Source: a virus
IMG/VR virus record: IMGVR_UViG_3300016476_000688
Span: 3,597-67,596 of that record
DNA: 64,000 nt
Strand: one strand, 5' to 3'
In this document: one piece after another, positions 53,731-64,000 of the stretch
How the letters are laid out: every line of letters starts with the position of its first letter
How positions within the stretch are numbered: position 1 is the first letter of the stretch
Made by a program: the position numbers and the translations under genes
Notes under the pieces: generated by a model
Told to the model about the DNA's origin: nothing
Databases searched by the model: none
The model's input: the letters and a program-made list of their open reading frames with translations, nothing else

Positions 53731-56700
53731 ATGAGAAAATTTATTAGACATTCTGGTAAAGACGTACCGATAATAACAGGTGCTGGTGGAGGCAAAGGCG
53801 GAGGCTCTATTGCTCCTAACTCTTTATTCTCAACTGACATTTTATATGTCACTACTGCTCTAGGTGAGGGACCGATTTACCGTATTAATCCCAATGGCCC
53901 ACAGGACATTGAGATTCAGGACGGAGCTATTGATGATCTAATTAACCTAGATAGTAACGGTCTTGAGAATACTGATAAGTTTCTTACGGTTACTACTACA
54001 GGTACTGTTACACAAGACCCGTTACCTAAATTTGGTGACGAGATTGTTACACCTCAAGTCTTCGCATCTCAAGTTACTCTTAAAAAAGGTAACTTAACAG
54101 GTATACCGCCTTCTAGTATCACGCTGCAAGAAACAAGCGCTAATGATTGGGATGCCTTACGTTTTACCTTTATTATTGAAGAGTTATTCACAGCAGACAC
54201 TGCAGGTAACGTATCTTCTAGATCCGTTACATACAGAATTAGAATTTACGATAGCCTAGGTAGTACTCTAATTACTACTGTTGAAAAAACTATTACAGAA
54301 AAAACAGATAGTGCTTACAAGTTTAGTGAGACTATTACTATACCTCCTGCTTCCAGATCGCCAAACGGTTATCGTTTTAGCATAGATAAAACAAGCGATG
54401 ATACTGACAGCCCTCGTCTACGTGATACAATCAAAGTTGTAGGATGGGACGAGCTTAAATACACGCCTCAAGCATATCCTCGTACTGCTTTAATTGGTTA
54501 CGCACTTAAAGCTATGAATGAACATACTGGTGGTGTGCCTAACTTTACCAGTCTAGTTAAAGGCTTACTAGTCAAAGTACCGTCAAACTATAATCAGCCG
54601 ATTCTAGAAAATGGCGATATTGATTGGAGACAGTTAGAAGTTGGTGAATCAAACTATACTTTCTATGGTTATCGACTACAGCGTCCAGGCACTGGTACGG
54701 TGTTAAATGGTGTAAATCCTCAAATTTACACTGGTACGTGGGATGGTACTTTTGTTTACGCATGGACTCAGAACCCTGTGTGGATTATATACGACATTCT
54801 TACTAACAAAGCGTATGGATTAGGCATCCCAGAAGATAATATTGATAAATACAAGTTTTACCAAGTAGCTCAGTATTGTGATGCTTGTGATAGTACTACA
54901 GGTCGTTTTATTGGTGTAGATGCTATAGCGGATGGGTCTTTCCGCTATAAACCTAGAGGCACACTTACAAGAGTACGAGAAAATCAGGTTGGGCTTATAA
55001 AGGGTACGCCAGTAAAAGAGCGTCGTTTTATAATGGACGTTACCATATCTGACCAAGAAAAGGCTATGGACTTACTAAATAAGCTAACTGCTACTTTCCG
55101 TAGTATGTTAGTTTATGCTGGTGGTAAAATTAGTCTTGCGGTTGATATGCCTGACGAATACCCAGTAATGTTGTTTAATGAGACTAATACTAAGCAAGGG
55201 TCTTTTCAAATCTCAGGTGTAAAAGAAAGTGAAATTTATACCGGCGTAGATATAACCTACGTAGAACCTACTAACCATTATAAGAGAGAAGTTGTGCGTT
55301 TAGATCTAGCTGAGTCTAACGACGGTAGAACTGTGCAAGCAGTAGAGAACATAGCCTCTCTTGATCTAACAGGAGTGACTAGAAGAAGTCAGGCAATTCG
55401 TTTAGGCCAGTACCAACTAGCTGCTTCTCGCTACTTACGCCGCAATATTAGTTTTACTACTAGCACAGAAGCACTAAGTCTTGCACCTGGTGATGTTATA
55501 TCTGTAGCTATGAATGGTACAGGAGTAGCTTATGGTTATGGTGGTAAAGTTGCAAGTAACTCTGTTACGGGGTCCGCGTCTAATACTAATGTGGTACTAG
55601 AGCACTATACTGTTCCAAGCTTAAGTACCAGTGTCTTTACTGCAAATACCTATCCTTTAGCGCTGCGTATAATCAAAGCAAACAGCGACAGAATGGACCT
55701 GTACCTGATAAGCAATAGTATTTTTAGCTTATCTACTACTTCAAACGTATCTTCTGGCATAGACTTAGCGACTGTTCAAATTATAAGCAGATTCAACCCA
55801 CAAACTAAGACATTAGTACCTCTATCTTCTGGATTCTCAGCCAATAACGTACCTCTAGAGGGCGATTTATGGACTCTTGGGGAATTTGAAAATCCTTCTA
55901 ACTATTACTCAAATAAATCAGGTAAACTATTTAAAGTAACTGGTGTAAAAAGAGAAGCCAATGAAGATGAAATTATTGTATCTGCAATAGAATACATTTC
56001 TAACGTATATGTAGATTCTGATACCTTTATTAACTATGAGCCTACTTCCTATGTCGATGTAACTAGTCCGTTTACTACGCCTCCTGCTCCAGTATTTACG
56101 TTTACAGTAAGTCCAAGAACCAAGGTAGATGGTACTGTAGTTTTTGACGGTATTTTAAATAATAGAACTGAATCCTTAGGGTATGGTCAGAAATTCCAAA
56201 CTGAATACTATGTAGCTAAGCCAGACGCTATTGTACCGCTATCAAATGTTGTTTCTCAAGCTCCCTTACGTTTTATAGCTTCAGATGCTTCTGCTCTTTC
56301 TAATGGTATTTTAAGCTGTATAGTGTCTGGTAAGAATGGATTTACTACTCCTGCAGGCGAGATTCGTCTACTATGTAATGCTATTAGTACGTCTACCCCT
56401 GGTTCTATTGTTATGACCTTAGAGGGCTTAAGACTGTGTATTGACGAAAACTTCAACCAACACGTACTACAAGTTAATGACGGCGTAACAGTACCTACAT
56501 TACAGGGTATTGATCAAATTAACATACCTGTACGAGAAAAATCAAATGTACAAGGTATTATTAACTTTGTTGGATACCAATCTGACGTTACAGCGGTTAC
56601 CAGAGAAATAGTATCATATAACTTAAGCACTGATACTGTAACTATATCTGATGCAGTAGCTGGTATGTCGACTCTAAGTTCTGCTCTATTAACTCCTCCT

Positions 56701-59391
56701 TTCTACGTAAGTTTAAATCAAATATTAGCCAAAGAGTACTATGCTAATAATAGTATTTATGTTAAAGGTACTGAACTAGTACAAGTAGTGGATGGTGCTA
56801 TTAACACATCCACATCTATCAATACTATTCAACTACCTTCTAAGCCCAGAAATGCAAGCTTTGTGAAGTTTTATGTAGACGGTGTAGAAAAAGCAGCAGG
56901 TCAGTTTACAGTTAATTTAAACAGAACATTAGGTATTGCAGCCAATATTCAGTATACTCGTTCTCCTTCTGATACGGTGTATAGAGCAGAAGTCACAAAC
57001 TATGCTGTACCTACTATAGAAGTTGGTGACAGGCTAGAAGTCAATTACGGTAACACATTTACTGTAATCAACACTAGTTATGATATTACTAGCGCTAAGT
57101 ATAATGCTGCTTTAACTAGTAACTCTATATTTAGAATACAGTTAGACACTGCTCCTAACTTAGACTTATCTGGTTACTCTTTTATCAATACTACACAAGA
57201 TCCAGTAGGCACGGTTACTAATGTTCTTGGTAACGCATTTACTCTATCCTATAACGCAAACACGTACCCTGGTACTTATAAATTAGCAAATTCAGGCGTG
57301 TATGCTATTGAGTTAGCTTCCGCCTATGAGCGTGTATTTTTAACTGACGATTTACGTCTACCTGAGCTACCTTTAGGAGTGACTTCTGTTAGAGCAAGAA
57401 ATAAAAACACACTAGGCAGAACCAGTCCTTATGTAACCAAATCTGTACTAGTCGAGCAGCTACCTATTCAAAAAGTAGAAAACCTAGAACTAGTGGAATC
57501 TCTATATAGAGAACAAACTGGTGGTGTAGCTGTGCGTGTTACTTGTGCTTTTGATCATATCGAAGGCCAAGAAGTTACTGACTATGAAATATCTTATAAA
57601 CTTACAAGTATCGCTAACGTTGGTTCTGACGACGGTGGTAGCCCTCTAACATCTTTTAACACTGTTAAAATCCCAGCAACCGGGGTAGATACAGACAATA
57701 AAATAAGATTTACTATCAATAATATAAATAGAGGGCCGAATCCTGAATCTAACTCTATTATAGTACGAGTAACTCCCCTTAACAAAGCTATTAGAGGTAT
57801 TACCGCAGTAGCCGAGAAAACTATTATTGGTAAAACTGCTGCTCCTTTTAACATTACAGGTTTTACGGGCGGACAGCAAAACGAAGTAATTACTTTCTTC
57901 TGGAACTATGTAAGAGAAAATGGGGATCTAGTCGACCTAGACCTGAAAGAAGTAGTTATTCATAGAGCACCAGGAGAAGTAGCTGCAACACTTGAAAACT
58001 TCTTGTCAGCAAACCCTCTGGTTACAGTATCAGTACCATCTGCACGTAAGTCAGTACCTATTGATACTTATGGTACTTTTACTTATTTAGCAAGAACTAG
58101 AGATACTAGCGGTAATCTAAGTACTGATGTAGTATCTACTGTTATATCTACTACTAGAGCACAACGCTCTACTACAGTAGCCGCATATAATGAAGATAAC
58201 CCAACCGAAGTCTATATGGATGGGTTAACTAATAGAAATTCTACTGAGTTTTACTTTACTTCATTTGCTAACTCTAATACTGGTGGTTTAGCCTACTCTT
58301 ACACTAGTGCTACAGATAATGCAAACGGGTCTAGTACTGGTTGGAGTATCGTGGCAGGTTTACCAACAAACTTGTTAGCTCCGGCAAATGCTACTTACAT
58401 TACGCGTATTCGAGATTTCGGTCAGGAAGTAACCGGTCAAATTAATATAGAACTTGATGCGACTCAAGAAGTTCAGACTACGTATAATGACCAGCATGAG
58501 CGCTACTTAGAGGGAGTTACAGATACATCCGCCGTCGCTAACGTATTAATTGACACCAGTTTTGGTGGTATAGGGCATGTATTAGGCTTTGCTAACGCCA
58601 GTGTAACTACGGGTCGTTATGATGCTAATAACCGTACATGGATGACTGGGCCAGCAAACGGTAACGTTTGGGCTATCTGGAATCATGGCCAGTTTGTAGG
58701 TGACGTAGCTAATGCTAATTCTTATGCGCTTATTGCTGGGTTAATTAACGCTAATGCTATTGCGTTAGGAAATACCTACTTTGCAAATGGCCAGTCAACT
58801 GGCAGCAATTCGTTTGCAAACGTAACTTCTGGTAGTGATGCCTATACGTTAGTAAACATGATACAATATAGTGATACAGGTAGTGCTACTTATGCGGGAA
58901 CACTAGGGTCAGTTACTACACAAACCTATGTTCGCACCACTACAGCAAATCCATACTATGCAAACGGTAACGTCAACGTATCTGCCTTCAGCTTAACTGG
59001 TGATGGGTGGATACCTTATGAAGTAGGCACGAAGACTTTTAGGTACTTCCAAATAAAATATGTAGTAACTAACTCAAGGCCTGACGAATTTGACTTTACT
59101 TTAGATAAATTTAGGTATAGTATAGATAAAGAGCAAACAGTCTTTACTACTACTGTTGTATTTGATGCTAACCCAAAAACTGTTGATATGACTTCTGCGA
59201 AGTTTTTATCAAGACCTGTAATAAACTACACTATTCTAGACCAAAAAGATGCTGAAGCTAATCCTGCAGTAGTGGTCACTACAGCCGCGTCTAATACATC
59301 ACTTTCCTTTAGATTGGTTGCTAGCGACGGTACAGGTCTATATCAAGCAAATAGTACTGCTAACGTTATGATAACGGCAATCGGAGTATAA
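53731..59391 (+). CDS. gpJ-like central tail fibre / host-specificity protein (1886 aa)
   Basis: LGEGPI, YPRTAL.G, W..NP.WI.YD.LTN..YGLG, YCD motifs; FNIII-like segments. Confidence 0.88.
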   Translation: MRKFIRHSGKDVPIITGAGGGKGGGSIAPNSLFSTDILYVTTALGEGPIYRINPNGPQDIEIQDGAIDDLINLDSNGLENTDKFLTVTTTGTVTQDPLPKFGDEIVTPQVFASQVTLKKGNLTGIPPSSITLQETSANDWDALRFTFIIEELFTADTAGNVSSRSVTYRIRIYDSLGSTLITTVEKTITEKTDSAYKFSETITIPPASRSPNGYRFSIDKTSDDTDSPRLRDTIKVVGWDELKYTPQAYPRTALIGYALKAMNEHTGGVPNFTSLVKGLLVKVPSNYNQPILENGDIDWRQLEVGESNYTFYGYRLQRPGTGTVLNGVNPQIYTGTWDGTFVYAWTQNPVWIIYDILTNKAYGLGIPEDNIDKYKFYQVAQYCDACDSTTGRFIGVDAIADGSFRYKPRGTLTRVRENQVGLIKGTPVKERRFIMDVTISDQEKAMDLLNKLTATFRSMLVYAGGKISLAVDMPDEYPVMLFNETNTKQGSFQISGVKESEIYTGVDITYVEPTNHYKREVVRLDLAESNDGRTVQAVENIASLDLTGVTRRSQAIRLGQYQLAASRYLRRNISFTTSTEALSLAPGDVISVAMNGTGVAYGYGGKVASNSVTGSASNTNVVLEHYTVPSLSTSVFTANTYPLALRIIKANSDRMDLYLISNSIFSLSTTSNVSSGIDLATVQIISRFNPQTKTLVPLSSGFSANNVPLEGDLWTLGEFENPSNYYSNKSGKLFKVTGVKREANEDEIIVSAIEYISNVYVDSDTFINYEPTSYVDVTSPFTTPPAPVFTFTVSPRTKVDGTVVFDGILNNRTESLGYGQKFQTEYYVAKPDAIVPLSNVVSQAPLRFIASDASALSNGILSCIVSGKNGFTTPAGEIRLLCNAISTSTPGSIVMTLEGLRLCIDENFNQHVLQVNDGVTVPTLQGIDQINIPVREKSNVQGIINFVGYQSDVTAVTREIVSYNLSTDTVTISDAVAGMSTLSSALLTPPFYVSLNQILAKEYYANNSIYVKGTELVQVVDGAINTSTSINTIQLPSKPRNASFVKFYVDGVEKAAGQFTVNLNRTLGIAANIQYTRSPSDTVYRAEVTNYAVPTIEVGDRLEVNYGNTFTVINTSYDITSAKYNAALTSNSIFRIQLDTAPNLDLSGYSFINTTQDPVGTVTNVLGNAFTLSYNANTYPGTYKLANSGVYAIELASAYERVFLTDDLRLPELPLGVTSVRARNKNTLGRTSPYVTKSVLVEQLPIQKVENLELVESLYREQTGGVAVRVTCAFDHIEGQEVTDYEISYKLTSIANVGSDDGGSPLTSFNTVKIPATGVDTDNKIRFTINNINRGPNPESNSIIVRVTPLNKAIRGITAVAEKTIIGKTAAPFNITGFTGGQQNEVITFFWNYVRENGDLVDLDLKEVVIHRAPGEVAATLENFLSANPLVTVSVPSARKSVPIDTYGTFTYLARTRDTSGNLSTDVVSTVISTTRAQRSTTVAAYNEDNPTEVYMDGLTNRNSTEFYFTSFANSNTGGLAYSYTSATDNANGSSTGWSIVAGLPTNLLAPANATYITRIRDFGQEVTGQINIELDATQEVQTTYNDQHERYLEGVTDTSAVANVLIDTSFGGIGHVLGFANASVTTGRYDANNRTWMTGPANGNVWAIWNHGQFVGDVANANSYALIAGLINANAIALGNTYFANGQSTGSNSFANVTSGSDAYTLVNMIQYSDTGSATYAGTLGSVTTQTYVRTTTANPYYANGNVNVSAFSLTGDGWIPYEVGTKTFRYFQIKYVVTNSRPDEFDFTLDKFRYSIDKEQTVFTTTVVFDANPKTVDMTSAKFLSRPVINYTILDQKDAEANPAVVVTTAASNTSLSFRLVASDGTGLYQANSTANVMITAIGV

Positions 59392-59392
59392 T

Positions 59393-60592
59393 ATGTCATT
59401 AACTAATTCAAATACCTATACAGAGCCTACAGCAGGCACGTCTCTGAATACTGCACGTTTACAGCAGAATGATACTTTTAGAACGCTATTAACCAACTTT
59501 AAGTCAACGTCTCCTCCTACAGGCGTTAACATAGTGGTAAACGGTGCTTCTTTAGGCGAGCAGGACGGTATGTTATATCGAAGTGCTACTACTAATGCTT
59601 TATACATTTCTGATACTATTCATAAGAAGACTTCCCCAGTAGGAGGTAACTTTACAAGAATTGGTATTGGTAATAGAGTTGAAAACGGCATAGTAGCTCT
59701 AGGGGCTAATGCTCTATCTTACGAAATCGGTGAATTAGTAGCTACTGTTTCTGAAAATGGTACTTTAGGTTCTAACGCAAGACTTTACCTATGTGTTTCC
59801 AACACAGCAGCTGCTGGCTCTACTGCCAGGTTCTTAGACGTCGGTGCACCGCAAGGTTATTCTATAGGTGCACTAAATAACGTTACATTCTCAGGCCAAA
59901 GTATCTCTGCTATTACTATCAGAGCGACAGCTAACGTCGGTATTAATACAGTTTCGCCTCTAGAAGCTCTACACGTTGTTGGTAATGCTATTTTTGCTAG
60001 TAACACTTATATCAGAGTCCCTATCGGTACTACCGCTCAGAGACCTGCATCACCAGCTACAGGTATGTTTAGATACAACACTACAAACGTTACGTTTGAG
60101 GGCTATACTGGTACTGCGTGGTCCAGACTTGGAAGTACTAGTATAACCAATGACACTACTACCAATGCTACTAGATATGTACCATTTATTGATGTTACTA
60201 GCGGTGATATCAGTAACGCAGCAGTAGCCTCGTCTAAGCTATTCTTTAACCCATCAACTGGCAGATTAACAGCTACAGACTTTAACTCACTGTCTGATAT
60301 TAGAGTTAAGAGTAATGTTCATACCATTGATAACGCATTAACTAAGGTGCTATCACTAAGAGGTACTTATTTTGATATACACGGTAATAGATCAATAGGT
60401 GTGATTGCTCAAGAAATAGAAAAAGTACTCCCAGAAGTTGTTGCTGATGGGGAGTATAAGACTGTTTCTTATGGTAATATAGTAGCTGTTCTTATAGAAG
60501 CCGTAAAAGAACTAAAAGTAGAAGTTGAAGAGCTACAAAAGCATAAAAATAAATCATTATTGACAAAAATCAAAGAATGGTTTACTATCTAA
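59393..60592 (+). CDS. tail fibre with C-terminal peptidase S74 intramolecular chaperone
   Basis: SD.R.K.N...I..AL.KV..L.G, GVIAQE.E.V.PE.V, V.YG..VAVLIEA.KEL. Confidence 0.85.
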   Translation: MSLTNSNTYTEPTAGTSLNTARLQQNDTFRTLLTNFKSTSPPTGVNIVVNGASLGEQDGMLYRSATTNALYISDTIHKKTSPVGGNFTRIGIGNRVENGIVALGANALSYEIGELVATVSENGTLGSNARLYLCVSNTAAAGSTARFLDVGAPQGYSIGALNNVTFSGQSISAITIRATANVGINTVSPLEALHVVGNAIFASNTYIRVPIGTTAQRPASPATGMFRYNTTNVTFEGYTGTAWSRLGSTSITNDTTTNATRYVPFIDVTSGDISNAAVASSKLFFNPSTGRLTATDFNSLSDIRVKSNVHTIDNALTKVLSLRGTYFDIHGNRSIGVIAQEIEKVLPEVVADGEYKTVSYGNIVAVLIEAVKELKVEVEELQKHKNKSLLTKIKEWFTI

Positions 60593-60608
60593 CCATAGGA
60601 GAATAATA

Positions 60609-60836
60609 ATGGCTTTTTTACTTAACGGCGTGAATGTAATTGATGACTCACGTAATGCGAATAACTTGGGCTTTGTTACTCAATCATCATCTACACCTTT
60701 CTGGTTAAATAAAGCTAACGTAATGGCTAGCTTTACTATTCCAGACGGCTTTAATGCGATGAGTATAGGACCTATAACTATAGATAACGGAGTGAACGTG
60801 ACTATAGGCACCGGAGAATCCTGGACAATACTATGA
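60609..60836 (+). CDS. small fibre-associated protein
   Basis: NAMSIGPITI..GV.VT(I)..G..W motif. Confidence 0.7.
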   Translation: MAFLLNGVNVIDDSRNANNLGFVTQSSSTPFWLNKANVMASFTIPDGFNAMSIGPITIDNGVNVTIGTGESWTIL

Positions 60837-61204
60837 GTACACTTATAGCTAACGTTTTACTGAGTTATGACAAAGAATCTTGCTATTTTGCCGATTTGGT
60901 AGAAGGACCTAGCAAAGGCTGGGTTACTGTTAATATTGCAGCAGGAGTACCTAGCGTAAATAACTCTTTCAGCGTAAGTTCTATACAAGATCTAGGAGTA
61001 GGTTTGTATAAAGGTGTTTCCTCTGTAGCACTGCCTGGATCAAACGGGTCTAGAGCAGTTGGTATAGGCCATGCAAGTTTACTGAACGTAACAGGGTTTT
61101 ACTATCAGTGTGCTGTTTATGACGGTACTGTAGGCTCTTCTGGAATACGTATGGGTATAAGTACTGAGTCGAACCCGCTTTATGTACACGGAGTTATATT
61201 CTAA
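60833..61204 (+). CDS. fibre-tip-like paralog 1
   Basis: KGWV...S.SVSSI.D.G.G.Y. Confidence 0.65.
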   Translation: MSTLIANVLLSYDKESCYFADLVEGPSKGWVTVNIAAGVPSVNNSFSVSSIQDLGVGLYKGVSSVALPGSNGSRAVGIGHASLLNVTGFYYQCAVYDGTVGSSGIRMGISTESNPLYVHGVIF

Positions 61205-61578
61205 TGTCATCTTTATTATACGCAGATAACGTATCCGACGGTACTAGAAGTAATAGTGTAAATAATCTGTATAATGGTATGGCCAAGCTTATGATCCAAT
61301 ATACAACAATAACAGCTCCGTACCTTGCTTCTATAGAAAAATCTATTGGAGTATCTAGTGTTACTGATATACAGACAGGTATTCAAGAGTTCACACCGTC
61401 TATAAATCTTGGTGTTATTATTAATAGTAGACCTCTTATATGTGGAGTATCTACAGATGTTGCTGCTACTAGCTTTGGTTATCATGGTGCTTTATTTACT
61501 ACCTACGGTAGATATAGATTTGGCTATTATACTACTGGTTGGTCTGCTGCAAACTATATAAGCTGTATGGGGTTTTAG
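61204..61578 (+). CDS. fibre-tip-like paralog 2
   Basis: S.GVSSVTD..TG. Confidence 0.65.
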   Translation: MSSLLYADNVSDGTRSNSVNNLYNGMAKLMIQYTTITAPYLASIEKSIGVSSVTDIQTGIQEFTPSINLGVIINSRPLICGVSTDVAATSFGYHGALFTTYGRYRFGYYTTGWSAANYISCMGF

Positions 61579-61579
61579 A

Positions 61580-61978
61580 ATGAGCTTTGCAAAAATTGAT
61601 AGAATTAAAAGTTTATCCAATACAGCCTTCGAAATACCCGTTAAATACGCTGTACATAATACTAAGTTTTGGTGTGCTTTAAATGCTAGTAACGGTACAC
61701 CAGTAGTATCGAATTCTTATTCTACGGGTTCTGTTATTGATCTTGCTGTAGGCAGATATATAGTAAATCCTGACGCATTTACGGCTGCAAATACCTCTAC
61801 TATTATGCTTGGTCATGGTTGCTACGCTGTAGATTATAACGTCGCTACTAAAAGCGGTACTGTAGGTTTTGTGGGTGCTAATGCTCAAGCGAGGGTTAGC
61901 ACATATACCGCAGGTGTAGGATTTGTTGATGCTCTTGCAGTATCTGTTATTGCTTCTTACGAAAGAATTATAAAATGA
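61580..61978 (+). CDS. fibre-tip-like paralog 3
   Basis: KFW...SYS..SV.D...G.Y. Confidence 0.65.
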   Translation: MSFAKIDRIKSLSNTAFEIPVKYAVHNTKFWCALNASNGTPVVSNSYSTGSVIDLAVGRYIVNPDAFTAANTSTIMLGHGCYAVDYNVATKSGTVGFVGANAQARVSTYTAGVGFVDALAVSVIASYERIIK

Positions 61979-62373
61979 GTAGATATGAAACTGAGTATGT
62001 AGTAGTATATGAAGATGGTGAAAAAACAAAAATTAATAATGGTTTAGAGGAGTATGATGCTCCTGCTAAAGTAATGATACCTACTCCAGAGTGGATGTAC
62101 GAAGCTATGTCTGGCGGTATTTTGTTACCTATCTGGGCGCATTTTAAGCTTAGAGAAGAGCTTAGTTTAGAGGAACGAGCCGATATTATTTTTAATACCC
62201 CTAAACTCGGACCACTAACTGAAGAGCAAGCTATAGCTTACCTGATAATGAAAGATATTCCAGAGCATGTATGGTCTGATAAATCAACTAACATGCCTAA
62301 ATATAAAATAGCGAAACGTAGCCAGCTACCTGATAGTAGAGAGTGGCGTAACGCTTGGAGATTAGCCGTATGA
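61975..62373 (+). CDS. fibre assembly-associated protein
   Basis: TEEQAI.YL..KD.P, LP..R.WRNAW. Confidence 0.65.
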   Translation: MSRYETEYVVVYEDGEKTKINNGLEEYDAPAKVMIPTPEWMYEAMSGGILLPIWAHFKLREELSLEERADIIFNTPKLGPLTEEQAIAYLIMKDIPEHVWSDKSTNMPKYKIAKRSQLPDSREWRNAWRLAV

Positions 62374-62747
62374 GTACTTTAAAAGTAGATAATCTACAAA
62401 CAACTGCTGGTATTGGTATGTATACCTTACGAGCGTATATAAACTATAATCCTACTACCACTGTACCGACTATACGTGCTAATGGCGGTTTTACTTCTTC
62501 TATAACAGATAACGCTATCGGTGATCAAACTCTTACTTTTTCTACAGCTATAGGAGATATAAACTATACTTGGAGTGGTAGTGCTGGTTATGATGGTACA
62601 AACCAGCATGCGTGGGTAGGTGGGCCGAACTCAACCATACTAACTAACTGGAAGACTAGTACTTTTTTACGTATTAATACTATATACGCCAACACAGGTA
62701 AAAGTACTGTCGATCCTGTAGACGTATCAGTAATATTAATGAGATAA
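62370..62747 (+). CDS. fibre-tip-like paralog 4
   Basis: MSTLKVDNLQ; RAYINY...SSITD..IG...TF..A. Confidence 0.7.
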   Translation: MSTLKVDNLQTTAGIGMYTLRAYINYNPTTTVPTIRANGGFTSSITDNAIGDQTLTFSTAIGDINYTWSGSAGYDGTNQHAWVGGPNSTILTNWKTSTFLRINTIYANTGKSTVDPVDVSVILMR

Positions 62748-62757
62748 AGGAAATTAA

Positions 62758-63111
62758 ATGTCAGTATTAATAAAAATAGGCGGAAACTTATACGATTCTT
62801 CCTTATATGAATTACCAGATGAGCGCTTGTTTAGAGATGCATGGACGGCTGATCCTAATGCTGGCGTTATATCTGTAGATATGAATCTAGCTAGAGACGT
62901 CTGGCGTGATAAGATTAGAAGAGCTCGCGCTCCAAGATTACAAGAGCTAGATGCTGAGTTTATGAAAGCATTAGAAACAGGTGCTAGTACTACTGCTATT
63001 GTCGCAGAAAAACAAGCATTACGTGATGCTCCTGCACACCCAGACATCCTTACTGCGCAAACGCCTGAGGCTCTTAAGTTAGTTAAACCTGCGGGACTAA
63101 ACGTAGAATAA
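62758..63111 (+). CDS. tail fibre assembly chaperone-like protein
   Basis: FRDAW; IR..R...L..LD..FMKA.E...KQALRD.P. Confidence 0.7.
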   Translation: MSVLIKIGGNLYDSSLYELPDERLFRDAWTADPNAGVISVDMNLARDVWRDKIRRARAPRLQELDAEFMKALETGASTTAIVAEKQALRDAPAHPDILTAQTPEALKLVKPAGLNVE

Positions 63112-63113
63112 TT

Positions 63114-63914
63114 ATGAAGATAAGTTCTTTAGGCATAGATCTTGAAGACGGAGTCTCATTACCTCTGAGTTTTCTTCAGGGTGCTAACGCATTTAACCAG
63201 GTATTATTCGTTAATACGCAGGCCAGACGCACGGTTGATAGTGAAAGAGGCTTCTGGGTTGAGGGCGTCTTTAAAGCTGACGGATTACTTAGTTATAAGA
63301 ATAAAAATGACGTAGCTACTACTTATCAAGCATTTGCTTCTTCTGGTACTTTTACAGTACCTGCAGGAGTTACTGCTGTTAGAGTACTAATTTGTGGTGC
63401 CGGAGGCTCTAGTGGAAACAACACTAGTATCCCTCCTAACCCGGATGGTACAGGTGGCGGCACTAACCCTGGCGGACCTGGTGGTTACGGCGGTATTGTC
63501 TATGCACAAGTACCTACTACCCCTGGAGCAAATATGACAGTAACTGTAGGTGCTGCTGTAACAAACGGGGCTGGCGGTAGCTCAACGTTTAGTGACTACA
63601 CAGCTACAGGTGGTGCTAGAGGCGGTAATGGCGGAGGTGTAGGTGCTGACGGTGATGGCAATGGTCCAGCAGTCATCTTTAGAGGTAATGCAGGAGACTG
63701 GTTAGGCCTATTCCCAACATACTTTGATCATCGTATACTTACTACTTATGATTCGTATAATATGTATCAAAAAAGAACTCAGGCAAATGTACAGACTGTA
63801 GACACTACTGCTATAGCTTGGAGTTTTGCTGGATCATTTTGTCCAGGCGCTAAAGGCGGTGCTGGTAACCAAAGAGCTGGAGTAGGGGGCGCAGTTATTG
63901 TGTTTTGGTCATGA
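63114..63914 (+). CDS. glycine-rich tail-associated protein
   Basis: FTVPAGVT.V.V...GAGG; ATGG.GG. Confidence 0.75.
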   Translation: MKISSLGIDLEDGVSLPLSFLQGANAFNQVLFVNTQARRTVDSERGFWVEGVFKADGLLSYKNKNDVATTYQAFASSGTFTVPAGVTAVRVLICGAGGSSGNNTSIPPNPDGTGGGTNPGGPGGYGGIVYAQVPTTPGANMTVTVGAAVTNGAGGSSTFSDYTATGGARGGNGGGVGADGDGNGPAVIFRGNAGDWLGLFPTYFDHRILTTYDSYNMYQKRTQANVQTVDTTAIAWSFAGSFCPGAKGGAGNQRAGVGGAVIVFWS

Positions 63915-64000
63915 TTTTACCTTATGCTATTGTAGAAAACAACAAGATTATAAATATAATTAATATTGATGATAACGAAGTAGAACTAATATCTGCTTTA
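63911..64000 (+). CDS. 5' part of a gene running off the window (MILPYAIVENNKIINII...)
   Basis: ATGA overlap; YA.VEN..I.N.I motif. Confidence 0.6.
   Translation, partial: MILPYAIVENNKIINIINIDDNEVELISAL

Noticed and set aside
59393-64000. Diversity-generating retroelement acting on fibre paralogs
   Set aside because: No reverse transcriptase and no adenine-specific TR/VR pair visible in this window.
15715-64000. Stop-codon reassignment suggested by the tRNA and AT-rich genes
   Set aside because: All late genes are full length and tightly packed in the standard code.

Overview
The window is part of a large lytic siphovirus genome with T5-like (Demerecviridae-like) organisation, probably infecting an alphaproteobacterium; the host call is inferred from promoter style. 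It has two sharply different halves. (1) About 1-15.4 kb is GC-rich and resembles a pre-early/terminal-repeat region. It holds about 45 mostly tiny leftward genes arranged as expression cassettes, including three T5 A2-like HTH proteins, a DEDDh exonuclease, an NDT-like enzyme, a HAD phosphatase, two HNH proteins, a tRNA-Leu(UAA), a non-canonical tRNA-like RNA and other structured non-coding stretches. Twenty cassettes are preceded by one strictly spaced 48-bp dyad: two inverted IHF-consensus boxes 22 bp apart with GCGC at the exact centre. Most cassette promoters carry a GANTC (CcrM/GcrA-type TGATTCG/CGAATC) site at fixed positions. (2) About 15.7-64 kb is AT-rich and encodes rightward late genes. 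These are terS, a 12.5-kb insert (collagen-like fibre, triplicated fibre proteins, two multidomain glycosyltransferases), terL, nicking HNH, portal, a protease-capsid fusion, neck, tail tube, frameshifted chaperones, tape measure, a lambda-like tail tip (L, NlpC x2, JAB, I, J) and side-fibre genes. All family calls come from motif recognition by eye; no database searches were run.
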